Assembly: GCA_963797555.1 (NCBI GenBank)
Contig: CAWCPV010000014.1
Location: 320,001-384,000, forward strand
From: an uncultured Gammaproteobacteria bacterium
Lineage (GTDB): Bacteria; Pseudomonadota; Gammaproteobacteria; CAWCPV01
Direction: 5' to 3'
DNA: 64,000 nucleotides
The position numbers were made by a program, and so were the translations under genes. The notes beneath the pieces were generated by a model, which saw only the letters and a program-made list of their open reading frames with translations, did no database searches and was not told the DNA's origin. Below, piece after piece: positions 41,016-53,532 of the stretch; within the stretch, counting starts at the first letter, position 1, and the number at the start of each line of letters is the position of its first letter.

Positions 41016-41717
41016 TCAGGTGGGTGGGGCACCGACGATCTCGATCTCGGCGCGGCGGTTCGGCGCCAGGCACTTGATCAGCGCGGCGCGAGGACGAACG
41101 CCTTCGCAGCCCACCACTGGGTTCGCCTCGCCCATGCCGCGGGCGTCGATCTTGCCGGCGGAAATGCCATGGTCCAGGAGGTAGTTCATCACCGCGTAGG
41201 CGCGCCTATCGGACAGCCTCAAGTTGTAGGACTCGCTGCCGAGGCGATCGGTATAGGCGGTGACGTGGATGGCCGCCACGTGCTCGTACCGCCGCATCTT
41301 CTCCACGACCTCGTCCAGCTTCGCCCTGCCCGCGGGCTTGAGCGTGGCGCTGCCGAAGTCGAAGTAGGCGTCGGCTGCGAGCGTGATCTTTTTCAGCCGG
41401 CCCTGTGGGCGCTGGATGTAGGTGGTCGCCCGAGGAGACACGACGACGGTCGCCGGGGGAGCGTAGTAATAGGGATACCACGGGTACCAAAACGGATACC
41501 AGAACGGCCCGAAGCCGAGGTAGATGCTGCCCCCATAGCCCCCCCAGTATCCGCCGTGCCAACCTCCTCCTCCGCCGTGCCAACCTCCTCCGCCATGCCA
41601 ACCACCACCTCCTCCTCCGCCGTGCCAACCTCCTCCACCATGCTGATCAGCTTGCGCCGCAACGAGCGCGCCGACCAACAGGCCCACGGCCGCGATTACC
41701 AGAGTCCATCGTTTCAT
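41016..41717 (-). CDS. OmpA-family peptidoglycan-binding protein with Gly/Trp/His-rich N-terminus
   Basis: Signal peptide, GGGGWH repeats, YFDFGSATLKP, YTDRLGSESYNLRLSDRRA and CLAPNRRAEI. Confidence 0.88.
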   Translation of the reverse strand: MKRWTLVIAAVGLLVGALVAAQADQHGGGGWHGGGGGGGWHGGGGWHGGGGGWHGGYWGGYGGSIYLGFGPFWYPFWYPWYPYYYAPPATVVVSPRATTYIQRPQGRLKKITLAADAYFDFGSATLKPAGRAKLDEVVEKMRRYEHVAAIHVTAYTDRLGSESYNLRLSDRRAYAVMNYLLDHGISAGKIDARGMGEANPVVGCEGVRPRAALIKCLAPNRRAEIEIVGAPPT

Positions 41718-41834
41718 CCCAGTGTCCTCCGGCCTTAGGATCTCCCAGGCCCCTGTCGCTACCTTCAAGAGGTTAGACCTTCCCCTTGTATGTTCATCTT
41801 GTATGTTTATGGATGGGTTGAGATTTAGAGTGAG

Positions 41835-42934
<1,100 letters not shown>

Positions 42935-43418
42935 CAGCAAACACGGTTGCTCTCCCGATCTCTCACCCGCCGCCGCGTACAAGCCCCTAGGAGCCCTGAA
43001 CGCCCCCACGGCCTAGCCCCTTCTATTGCTCACCGTCTCAGATGGGCTTGTAGGCCGTCTCAGGCGTTGATCCCAGACATGATCTGAGGAGTACGCCTGG
43101 TGCGCGACGCGTAAATACGACCCCAAGAAACGAAAGCCTATGGGAATACGGGCTCTGCACAGAGGGTAATGGACGTGGCCCCACTCGCCGACCCATTTGT
43201 AAACCTGTGCACTCGACGATACTGCTTGCTCTCCACGGTGATACCCGCAGTGCCCGGCTGGCTCAACAAAGAGGCTTGGAGCGCCGTCATGTAGGTAGCG
43301 CGACCGCGCCGATCAACCGCGGGAATCGGTGCGCCTGGTACCTGGTATGATTGAACAGCGGGGATACAAGCACCCTGTCCCCGGCAACGGAAGATCCGGC
43401 AAGAGGCGGAGAGCCTTG

Positions 43419-43913
43419 ATGTCCTATCACCTTAGGAGTCCGTCTTCAAAAAGTGGCATGGCCGCCTTCGGGCATTGGCTGACGGTTGCCCTCGTGGTTT
43501 GGGCGGCATCGGCACTAGTACCGGCTAGCGACCAAAGCACGGATGCTCGCGCACGAGCCCTTGCAGGTGCTCTGAAGCTCGCGGCTCCGCGCACCGATAA
43601 GGCAGATCTTTACAGCGCCTGGAAGGTCAAGGCGGCGATTATCCCCGATTGGTCCCGGCGCTGCCTTGGCAAGGAGCTGACGCCACAGGAGTTCGCGGCG
43701 AACGCAACGGAGGCTCGTGCCGTCGTTGAGTGTGTCATGGCAAGGCAACTTGACAAGGAGCTACAGCACACCCGCGACGAGACCCTCGCGGTGAGGCGAT
43801 CCGCCGCGTGGTGGATGACCGGGGACCCCGACCAATATGACCAAGGGTCGACCGCCGAGCAAGGTCCTGTTCTACTATCGGGAACTGCTTCCGCAGTAAC
43901 AGCTCCGTGGTAG
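43419..43913 (+). CDS. Hypothetical exported protein, probably damaged at the 3' end
   Basis: Hydrophobic leader; LYSAWKVK, WSRRCLGKELTP and RRSAAWWMTGD. Confidence 0.55.
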   Translation: MSYHLRSPSSKSGMAAFGHWLTVALVVWAASALVPASDQSTDARARALAGALKLAAPRTDKADLYSAWKVKAAIIPDWSRRCLGKELTPQEFAANATEARAVVECVMARQLDKELQHTRDETLAVRRSAAWWMTGDPDQYDQGSTAEQGPVLLSGTASAVTAPW

Positions 43914-44117
43914 GCACAATCGGTGGGACTCCACTACCGGGAGCAAGCCGGGCGTCAGTGGACCGAACTGGCCAAAGAAGCCGGGGTGACGGAGAGGGAG
44001 CTGGATTATCCTGCTTGGCGGTCGAACGCAGAAGGGCTGAGGCAGTGCGCGCGACGGCGACTCTGTCCCAACAAGATGCCTAGGAATGGAGGCGGTACGC
44101 CAGCGCCGATGTAGTTC

Positions 44118-44420
44118 ATGACCATCCTCGTTGGCACCACCTCCTGGACCGACCCCACCCTGATCCAGTCCGGCAGGTTCTATCCGCCCGAGGTTCGCAC
44201 TGCAGAGGAGCGGCTGCGTTACTATGCGAGCCAGTTCCCCATCGTCGAGGTGGACAGCTCCTGCTACGCCCTTCACTCTGCCCAGAACTCCAAGCTCTGG
44301 GTTGAGCGCACACCCGATGGATTCGTGTTCCACGTGAAGGCGTTTCGGCTCCCCACCGGCCACCCGACCCTACCCGAGGCATTCCCCAAGGATCTCCGGG
44401 ACCTGCTGGGTTCCTGTGGT
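44118..44420 (+). pseudogene. DUF72 family 5' fragment
   Basis: VGTTSWTD, RLRYYASQFPIVEVDSS and RTPDGFVFHVKA; similarity then stops. Confidence 0.8.
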
Positions 44421-44513
44421 CCTCCCCGAACCCTTGACCCCTCCAGGACACCTTTGCCATACTGCCTTCCAAGGGACATCATACCAGACGGAGACCATTA
44501 GCTTCAACATTAC

Positions 44514-45773
44514 CAGGCTATTGAAAAATTCCCCGATGCCTTCGGCTACGGATCTCTGATGGTGCCGAATTCAGCGTTGCAAACCCGTTGTGGGACCCGG
44601 GTATTTTCGTCCCCGTTCGGGGCTGTGGCCGCCTTTCGGCGACCAGCGGGCGGATCTCGCCCTATGCAGTGCTCAGTCGCCAGCCAAAGATCGTCGCCAT
44701 GCGCACCAAGTTGTAAGCGGCGAAGGTGAAGACGGTGTGGGCCGTCACCTTGGCGAGGCCCACCAACCGGGTCTTGCGCAAGCCCCCGACGGTCTTCGCC
44801 CAGCCGAAGATCTCCTCCACCCGCTTGCGCACCTTCAGGCTCACCGCATAGCCCGCATGGCGTGTGGTGCGCGTGTCGATGGCGCTGGCCAGCTTCTTCT
44901 GGGCCACGTGCGCAGTGACTCCCCGCTCACGCAGCGTCTGCACGAATTCGGCGGTGTCGTAGCCCTTGTCGGCCCCAAGGGTGGCGCCTGGCTTGACCGA
45001 GCGCTTCACCATCGCCTCGGCGGCCTCGCGCTCCGCGGTGCCGCTCGCTCGGGGGGTCTCCACATCCACCACCAAGCCGGTGCGGTTCTCCATCAGGGCG
45101 TGTCCCAGGTAGCCAAGACGCGCCTTCTCACCCTCGGCTTTCTTGTAGAGCCGTGCCTCCGGGTCGGTGGTCGAGGCGTGGGTATCATTGCTGCGCTTCT
45201 CGCCCTTGAAATCCACTGTGGGGTTGCGCCCGCCCTCCTCAGGGGGTTTGCCCGACCCGTTTTTGGCCACAAAGCTCTTCAAAGACGCCCAGGCCTCGAT
45301 GAGAGTGCCGTCCACCGTGAAGTGCTCCGAGGAGACCAAGCCTTGCCACTCCGCCAGATCCAGCACTTTGCCAAAGAACGAGCGAGCGACCGCTTCGTTC
45401 AGCAGCCGGTCCCGGTTCTGGGTAAAGCTGGAGTGGTCCCAGACCGCGTCGTCCATATCGAGGCCCACGAACCAGCGGTAGAGCAGGTTGTACTCGATGT
45501 GCTGCACCAGCTGGCGCTCGGAGCGGATGCTGTAGAGTGGCATACAGTGCTTCCAATTCGCCAAGCAGCGCACTCAAGAGGCCATCCACCACTACCCGAA
45601 GCTTGCGCAGCGGATGCCCCCGCGGTATCCGGGCCTCCAGTGTGCGGTAGCTGAACAGTGCTGCTTGCGTGATGTCGGCGCCTCGCATCGGCCCCCCCCT
45701 CGGCGGTGCTCGCGTCAAAGCGCGCATTATCCCATGGGCCTGCTACGGGTGCGTGGAGTTTTTCAACATCCTG
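44514..45773 (-). mobile_element. IS5-family element, transposase (44662-45688) frameshifted
   Basis: TIRs CAGGCTATTGAAAAA and CAGGATGTTGAAAAA, 4-bp TSD TTAC; SIRSERQL, VDGTLIEAWAS, GADKGYD and RKRVEEIFGW. Confidence 0.92.
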
Positions 45774-45806
45774 TTACGTGGAGCTAATAGACAAAGGAAA
45801 CATCGA

Positions 45807-46211
45807 ATGACAACAAGAGCGGGTTTGTGGATCGACCATAGGAAGGCTATTATCGTGGCTGTTACGGAAAAAGGGGAAGAGATAGGACTGATAATATCGA
45901 AAGTTGAAAAACAGCTCCGCCGTTCTGGTGATTCCGCTCTTAAGGGTCCGTACGAAGCGCACCAAGTACCGGCAGATGACAGCCGCCAGAGAACATTTGC
46001 GGGGCATCTTAACATTTACTACGATGCGGTAATTGCGTGTATCCGTGATGCAGAATCTATTCTGATATTTGGTCCGGGCGAGGCAAAGGGCGAACTCAAA
46101 GAACGTCTCGAAAGAAACAACCTCGGTGGACGCATCGTAGGTATTGAAACAGTTGACAAGATGACGGAGGGTCAGATTGCGGCGAAAGTTCGACGGCGCT
46201 TCCCAAAATAG
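45807..46211 (+). CDS. Host-attachment/bacterial eRF1-domain-like protein
   Basis: GLWIDHRKAIIV, ILIFGPGEAKGEL and ETVDKMTEGQIAAKV; lower GC, AAGGA RBS. Confidence 0.8.
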   Translation: MTTRAGLWIDHRKAIIVAVTEKGEEIGLIISKVEKQLRRSGDSALKGPYEAHQVPADDSRQRTFAGHLNIYYDAVIACIRDAESILIFGPGEAKGELKERLERNNLGGRIVGIETVDKMTEGQIAAKVRRRFPK

Positions 46212-46819
46212 GTTCTTACCGGAATCGTGTGGGTAGATATGCTTACGCTGCGGCAGCCTCTGCCTGAGGTCTGACACAAGATCGTGTGTTGAACGGCGAG
46301 GCCGGCAAGTGGGCCAGGTTGCCCGCGATGAGGTAGGCGATGGTGATGAGCGAGCGCGTGGTGCGGTAGCCTCGGGCGCGGGCTTTGGCGGCCTGGATGA
46401 GGGAGTTGATGCCCTCGGCGCGGCCGTTGGTGAGGCCGGAGTCGAACGCGGCGAGCACACCGTCCCAGTGGTCTTTCAGAGTGGCAGCGAGGTGCTTCAT
46501 GGGTTGCAGGCGGCTACGCCGTGCCCAGCTATACCAGCGCGTGAGCGCGGTCTCGGCCTGCTCGAGGGTGCTGGCCGTGGCGTAGATATCGCGCAGCGCC
46601 TCCTTGAGGCGCCAGGCGCGGGCGGTCTTGAGGCGGGCGCGGGAGAGCCAGTGAAAGTCGGTGAGCTGCTCCCAGGTCCAGTCGTGGGCGTCTTTGAGCC
46701 AGGTCCAGCGGGTGCCCCTGAGGGCGGGCTCGGTCTTGACCTCCTCGCGGCGCACTGTATCGACGGCCTGGTTGGCGAGCTGGATGACATGGAAGGCATC
46801 GAAGCTCACCGTGGCTTTA

Positions 46820-48367
46820 ACGTGAAAGAAGCCGGTTTTTGGGCGTGACGGAGCCTGGCCGATGAGGGCCATAGGAGGGAGGGGGTGAAGGGTTCAGGCG
46901 GCGGCTGGCAGGAAGCCGTAGCGGCTGAGGGCCTTGATCCAGCGTGGGGCGTTGCGTTTCACAAATAGGGCTTCATAGTCAGTGGCCGAATCCCGGTAGT
47001 GTTGGCCGCGCGAGAGCATGCAGAAGATGATACGCAACATCTTGTGGGCCAGAGCGATGATGGCTCGTTTGCGGCCGCGGCGCACCACCAGAGTCTGGAG
47101 CTTCGTCTGCAAGGCGCAGCGGGTACGGCTTGCGGCATGGGCGAACTCGCACAGCAGACGACGCACATAGGGGTTGCCCTTGCGGGTGCGCCCCGATTGG
47201 CGCTTGCCGGCCGACTCGTGGTTGCCGGGGCAGATACCCACCCAGGAAGCGAGCCGCTCGGCATGACCGAAGGCGCTCATGTCGCTACCGATTTCCACCA
47301 GCAGCATGGCGGCACCGATGACATTGACCCCTGGTAGGGTCTGCAACAACAGCAGGCTGTTGGCCTCCTCCTTCAGGCCTTCGAGCAAGCGAGCATCGAA
47401 GCGGGCGATGCGGGCTTCGAGCTCCTCGATGTGGCGCATCAATTCATCGAGGACGAAGCGATGAGACTCGGTCAGGTCCCCCTGCAGGGCATCGAGCAGC
47501 TCCTCGCGGCTCGCCTTCAGCCGGCGGCTGGCCAGGGGGAGGACCTCGTGGGCAGCAGCCCCCTGGATGAGGGCTTTCAGCATGGCACGGGCCGACTGGC
47601 CGTGGATATCGCTCACCACCACCCCCAGGCGGATGCCACCATCGGTGAGCACCTTGTGCAGCCGGTTCTTCTCCGAGGCAGCCAAGCCCACGAGCTTCTG
47701 TCGCTGCCGGGCGATCAGGCGCAGCTCGCGCAGTTTGGCCTTCGGCACGAAGGAGGCGCGCAACAGAGCGGCGCGAGCCAACATGGCCAGCCACTGGGCA
47801 TCGCCGATGTCGGTCTTGCGTCCCGGGACCTGCTTGACGTGGCGGGCGTTGACCACCTTGGCTTGGATGCCGTGCGCCTTCTAGGGCTGCGTAAGGACTT
47901 TTCCAGTAAATGCCGGTGCTCTCCATGACCACCTCCTCCGGGCGAAATCCCGCGCACCACTCCGCGAACGCCCGGCGGTCTTTCTTGAAGGCACCGAATT
48001 GGCGTTGCTCGATGTAGACTTGGCCGTCGGCCTCCTCAAGGATGGCACAGGCGGTCACTTGCCCCTGATGCACATCCAGACCGATGACACGCTTGAAGAT
48101 CGCTACCAGTTCCATGTCGTCTCCCGTCGCAATACACTCAAGAGATGGGAGACGGCGGGTGCCGGACCGAGTGAGCCTGAAGGCGGCAAGCCGCCGACGG
48201 CCTGTTTAACGTGCGCTCTGTAGGGAAGCAATCCGGGGTACGAGTCGGTCCGGCGGGTCACGTTAGGTTGCGGGGTCGAGCCGCCAAAAACTTGCGCGAC
48301 CTCTTCCCGCCGTCTCCCACCCCACAGCTTCTTTCATCCTCTGGGGTGGCGCCAGACGCAATGATCG
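46820..48367 (-). mobile_element. IS110-family element inside ISL3; transposase 46894-48115 with a frameshift at ~47880
   Basis: IGLDVH, MESTGIYWK, GRKTDIGDA and CPGNHESAG; TTA core at both junctions; structured 250-bp 5' non-coding end. Confidence 0.9.
48146..48319. ncRNA. Candidate IS110 guide (bridge/seek-type) RNA
   Basis: Perfect 14-bp closing stem TGGGAGACGGCGGG/CCCGCCGTCTCCCA; internal TTTAACGTG and CGTTAGG match the two element junctions. Confidence 0.6.
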
Positions 48368-49170
48368 TTAGGCAGATGCTTGGTCACCCCGGCGAGATAA
48401 GCGGCGGACAGGTCGATGCACACCTGCTCGATGGCCTGCGGGTCGCCCCCGTGCGCCTGGAGGTCGGCGGCAAAGGCCGCCACGGTACTCTGGTCGCGGC
48501 CCTCGCAGGCGAACAGCAGGCGTTTGCCCGTGAGGTCATGGAACAGGCTGATGTAGTGCTGCCCCCGCCGGGCGGCGGTCTCGTCCAGGCCCACGGCGCG
48601 CACCGGGGAGTGGTCCTCCTGGGCGCGGGCCGCCTCCACGTAGTGCTCGAGCACCCCCCACAGGCGCTCATCGCCCACGCCCAGGTGCCGGGCGACGGTC
48701 GCCACCGGCATCGCCTGGCACAGCGTCACCACCAGTGCCTCCATCAGCGCCGTGAAGCCACTCTGTGCGCGCGCCCACGGCGGCTCGACCTGAGTCGTCT
48801 TGCCGCAGCTCTCACAGCGCACTCGCGGCAGATGCGCGTGCAGGTATGCCCGCGACTTAAAGAAGCTCAGGTGCTGCCAGCTGCGCTTGCGGGTATCATG
48901 CACCGGCTGGCCTGGCACTCCGCACGTCGGGCAGGCGAAGCGGCTCCCCTTGGCAAAGGCCACCTCGAGGTCGATGCGCCCAGCCTCGGGGTCAAAGCGT
49001 ACGCCGGTGACTTCCCAAGGCGCCGTGAGGCCCAGACCACCACGATCCACACAATTACCGAAAGAGCCCCAAAATAGCTTTGGGCAATAGGATCGAGATG
49101 AAAGCACCTGGCGTTAGGCGAGTATCAGGCTAGGGTGAAGTAGTACGAAATCAAAGGAGGTGACAAGATC

Positions 49171-49374
49171 ATGAACTCACAAATCGTCGGATTGCGAGTG
49201 GCAAGCATTCTGTTTGGGTTAATAGCCATAGCGCAATTAGCGCGGCTCATCATACGGCCTCAAGTGCTGGTAGCTGGCCACCTGCTGCCATTGTGGCCAA
49301 GTGCCGTGGCCTTCGTGATCTTGGGCGGTCTGAGTTTCTGGCTGTGGAGCCTCGCTCGCACGCAGCCCAAGTAG
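49171..49374 (+). CDS. Small two-TM membrane protein
   Basis: AAGGAGG RBS, 67 aa, two hydrophobic helices. Confidence 0.75.
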   Translation: MNSQIVGLRVASILFGLIAIAQLARLIIRPQVLVAGHLLPLWPSAVAFVILGGLSFWLWSLARTQPK

Positions 49375-49717
49375 GACAATAACCAGCCTGGGCTTACCCA
49401 ATCGGGCAAGGGGGTGTCTAGTCCGGCTCTTAAGCTTTCCCGCCGAGTTGAAGTCGCGGCGCCCGGTGTGACACCCCGTTTTCTATCCCCCGCTTCCTGA
49501 TGCAGAACGCGTCCCGGTGTTGTCAAGGGCGCACTTTCGGTGCACTGGCGCAGCGTCTTCGGCCTCGGAACTGCGAGCGTTACGGCCAATTCGCCCTTGC
49601 CCATCCGATCAGATCGGCATGTTGTCCCCACCCGCGAGGCGGTTGTCGGTGTCCCCGTTGAAGGACGTCCCACCCCCGACTACTCCGACCACGTAGACGT
49701 GTCCGTCGGTGAACCAA

Positions 49718-50763
49718 GAGCTATGCTCGAATCTGGTGTACGGGGCTTGAGTGAGGCGGCGTATCCGGCTGGAATGTGAAGGGACCAGAGACACAAGCCA
49801 GCCGTGGAGGATACGCCGATGGATAAATGATAAAGGAATTATGTAAGAGTGTGAGATGAAGATTTGATAATGAGATTCGAGAAAGTAGTGTGTAGCTGAT
49901 TGCGCAGGCGGTGGAAGCGGAGCTGACCGAATTCCTGGGGCAGTTCCAGGGCGTGAAGTCGTTGGATGGCCGGGCGGCTGTGGTGCGAAACGGCTACCTG
50001 CCAGAGCGTGAGATCCGGACGGGTGTGGGGCCGGTCGCGGTGAAGGTGCCCAGGGTGCGAGACCGCAGTGGGTCAGGCATTCGGTTCCACTCCCGGTGCG
50101 GCGCACCAGGAGCTTGGAGGAGTTGCTGCCTTGGCTGTATTTGAAGGGAGTCTCCACGGGCGATTTTCAGGAGGCGTTGGCTTCATTGCTAGGCGAGCAG
50201 GCCGAGGGGCTGTCGCCTTCGACCCTCAGCCGGCTGAAACGTCAATGGGAAGAGGAGCACCAGCGCTGGGCACGCCGGGACCCCTCAGGCAAGCGCTACG
50301 TGTATTGGTGGGCCGATGGGGTGTACTTCAATGTGCGTGGGGAACAGGCGCGCGAATGCCTGCTCGTCATCGTCGGAGTGACCGAACAGGGCACCAAGGA
50401 GTTCGTGGCCATCGAGGACGGCTTCCGGGAGTCGGAGCAGAGCTGGCTGGAGGTCCTGACGCGGCTCAAGCACCAGGGGCTGAAGGTCGGTCCCGAGCTC
50501 GCCATCGGCGATGGCGCTTTGGGCTTGTGGAAGGCGCTCACCAAAGTCTACGGCCAAACACGCCATCAGCGCTGTTGGGTGCACAAGAGGCTAACGTGCT
50601 GAACAAGCTCCCCAAGAGTCTCCAGCCGAAGGCCAAGAGCGCTCTTCACGAGATCTGGATGGCTGAAAGCCGCCACCAGGCGCAGAAGGCCTTTGAGGCG
50701 TTCCTCGACACCCACCGTGACAAGTATCCCAAGGCGGCACAGTGCCTGGAGAAGGACCGCGAG
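49718..50763 (+). mobile_element. IS256-family remnant, multiply frameshifted and truncated
   Basis: VRNGYLPEREIRTGVG, LYLKGVSTGDF, YWWADGVY, IGDGALG and HQRCWVHK; IR-like GAGCTATGCTCGAATCTGGTGTA at 49718. Confidence 0.8.
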
Positions 50764-50985
50764 CAACAGCAGGCGTTTGCCCGTGAGGTCATGGAACGGC
50801 TCCGGCCAAGGCCACGAGCTGATCGCGTTGCGGGTTCGTTAGGAACTCTCCTCGTTTACATCGGCGGGCTTCGGAGCATGGCCCGAGGCCCGGTTCTCCT
50901 GCCAAGGCGGCTAGGAGGGACGGAGATGGCCGGGGTCGGTCGTGCAACGCTGTGAGCGAGGAGGCAACGTAGGAGGGAGCCATCG

Positions 50986-51214
50986 GTGAAACGGGCATCG
51001 TCTGTCATGATCATCTTGCTGCTTGTGGCGACGGCCGGATATGCACATGACGCCTCAGCAACAGCGTACCCTCAGCGGGGGCGCCATCGGCGCGGGGGCT
51101 GGAGCGGCGCTTGGCGCAGTGGTCGGCGGAAACCCAGCGGCAGGAGCCGCTATCGGGGGTGCGGTGGGCGCTGCCGCTGGGGCGCTGTGGAAAGACTTGC
51201 AGAGAGGGTTTTAG
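50986..51214 (+). pseudogene. Glycine-zipper (YMGG-like) small lipoprotein, frameshifted
   Basis: Signal peptide, then in another frame QQRTLSGGAIGAGAGAALGAVVGG...GAAIGGAVGAAAG. Confidence 0.65.
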
Positions 51215-51365
51215 GTAGCCCCGACCCGGGCCCCGACCCCGTTCGCGTGGCAGTTCGAATCAGGGCGGCGGAAGAGGTATCGGGTGCGCGCTGCACCTGT
51301 GCCGGAGCGGCCGGGTGGCTTCGACCTCGCACCGCAGGTAGGTCGCTTTTTCGATGGTCCCGCAC

Positions 51366-51832
51366 ATGCGCGCCATCATCCTGGTTCTTCTGCTAACCCT
51401 GCCGGTCCTCGCCGGAGCCACGGACTATGTCGGCAAGGTGATCTCCGTCCACGATGGCGACACCATCCGCGTCCTCTACCGCGATGGGGAGCTGAAGGCC
51501 GCCTGGAGTGCATCGACGTGCCGGAGCTGAAGCAGCCTTATGGGAATCGGTCCAAACAGGCCCTCGCAAACATGGTGTTCGGGCGCACCGCACGTGTGGA
51601 TGACCACGGACGGGACCGGTATGGCCGGCTGCTGGGTCGGGTGATCTACCGGGCGATCGATGTGAACGCTGAGATGGTCGGGAGGGCGCGGCGTGGGTAT
51701 TCACCCGATACTGCCATGACCCGGAGCTGTACCGCGCCGAGAGGGAGGCCAGGGACGCCCGACGCGGACTGTGGACGCTGCCGGCGGCTCAGAGAGCCGT
51801 GGGAGTGGAGGCATCGTGCGCGCTCACAGTGA
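51366..51832 (+). pseudogene. Thermonuclease (SNase) family, frameshifted
   Basis: GKVISVHDGDTI, then IDVPELKQPYG and DRYGRLLG in a different frame. Confidence 0.8.
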
Positions 51833-52117
51833 AGGCTGGCCCGGTCCGGACCCCGATGCGGAGTACGGTGGGAACCGGCGGAGAGAAACCCGCGGCAGCC
51901 CGCTTGGCTCTCTCTTTTCGACTGGCCGCTTCCGGCCCAGCGCGTAACACCGGCCGGCGGCTGTAGTACCGTAGTACCCGATGGCTGTCGGAGCTAACGA
52001 GCGGGTACTGAGGGGTGGTCACTGTTGCTTGCCAGTCTCCCCTTCCACCGGTTCACTCGCCTGGAGCGGCTCATTGTCCCGCGACCCTCATACGACCCGA
52101 TACGATTCAGCTTGCCG

Positions 52118-53378
52118 CTACGGCGCGTGCACATTGAAGCCGAGCGAGCGCAGGCTTTTGAGGGTGCGGCCATTGCAAATCGGCACATCTTCGCTATTGA
52201 CCCATCCATAGGTCTCCTGGACGCACATCTCGCCGAAGTGCTGAAGCTGATACTTCGGATCGAAGATACAGTCGGCCATCCGCACCACGTGGTCTGAAGG
52301 CCCGCCGTGGAGCAAGTGGGTCAGTGTGGACTTGATCCTCGGGATGCCGTTGTCGTGGATGAACTGAAACCGCATAGTCGGGTAGCCACCGATAGAACCG
52401 AAAACGATCGTGGAACGCATGGACGCACAGCAATGCCTGGTAGATCTCGTCCTCCGTTGCGGCCTCAATTGCGGATGCGCTGCCTAGCGCAGACGTGATT
52501 CTGGGATAGGACTGCGGCACAATGGTGTCCGTCAGCCATTGCCAGCCATGGGCGATGAACTCCTCAATAAGATCGTGAATCCGTCCTTCTTGCTCCGCCC
52601 CCGTAGGGAGGGGCGCAGACTAGTAGCTGTCTCCCACAGCGTAGTTCTCCCGGATGAAACTGAACCATTGGTCGATCTCGATCCTCAATGGGAAGGTGGG
52701 GGCGGTGATGCGCTTGCCAACCGAAGTGTAGACTCGGTAGACGACGTCGTAGGCAGCTCGAAAGCTCTGGTACCGCCGCCTGTACGCGTCGAGAAACTCC
52801 TGCCGTCGCCCTGGCTTGGGGAGCCCACGCTCGATATTGGTAAAGGCGTGCCGCCCCAATGCATCTATTACGGCAAAGTCGATGCGGCTATCAGGCTGAG
52901 CAGCGTTGCGCCTAACAACCTGTGCAAAACGGGCGAGGACTTCGCCGGCCAACACCTTCGCCTCCTCCCAGTACGCCACGAAGAGCCGCACCAGCTCGTC
53001 AAAGCGAGGGTCATCAGGCCCAACTGCAACTAGGACCTCCGTGTTCGTTTTGATGCCGGAATCGGTCAGGTTCGCGGAGCCAACGAGGGCACACGCCGCG
53101 CCGAAGATATAAAGCTTGGGGTGAAAGCTCTGATCTGTGAAATAGCGGGCCTGCACACCATGCCTGCCGACGAGTTGCTTGAGGTGCTCGGCTGATGTCG
53201 CAGCTCCGAGGCGCACGACCAGTCGCACGCGGCAGCCCCGATCGAGGAGGTCGATGATTGTATCCGCGGCTGAGAAGAACGCTGAGGCGATCAGCACGTC
53301 GCAAGATCGGCCGTACCGGGCGAAGGCGTTATAGGCGAAATCCTTCTTCGCAGATCGGTTCGTGTACAGACCGTCCAT
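52118..53378 (-). pseudogene. PLD-domain (HxK) nuclease, NgoFVII/BfiI-like; in-frame stop at 52620 and frameshift at ~52390
   Basis: IASAFFS, FHPKLYIF and VGSANLT..G...NTE; protein-like reading continues past the TAG to 52118. Confidence 0.75.
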
Positions 53379-53532
53379 CAGCCCAGTCTCAGATTATCCG
53401 ACCCCCCCAGCCTTCCCCGGATCTTAGGACCCCCCGCCTACCGCAACGCTGTTACCGTGTGGTTATGGACCCAGGTCGCCCGCACAAGGGCCTCATGCGA
53501 CATCTCCGGTGCTGATTCTAAGCCGAGACACA

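Larger units (their letters stand above)
46211..49068 (-). mobile_element. ISL3-family element interrupted by IS110
   Basis: TIRs GGTTCTT/GGCTCTT and 8-bp TSD CCAAAATA. Transposase halves ~48370-49035 (CPTC, GLDET, CIDLS) and 46243-46817 (FDAFHV, TNGRAEGINS, RARGYR) rejoin as HLPKATVSFD. Confidence 0.93.

Noticed and set aside
51925-52117. attC downstream of the PLD gene
   Set aside because: A GTTAGCT is present on the minus strand, but there is no matching R''/L boxes or palindrome.
52620-52622. TAG read-through (pyrrolysine or recoding) in the PLD gene
   Set aside because: The same gene has a frameshift and other genes here end in TAG, so simple decay is more likely.
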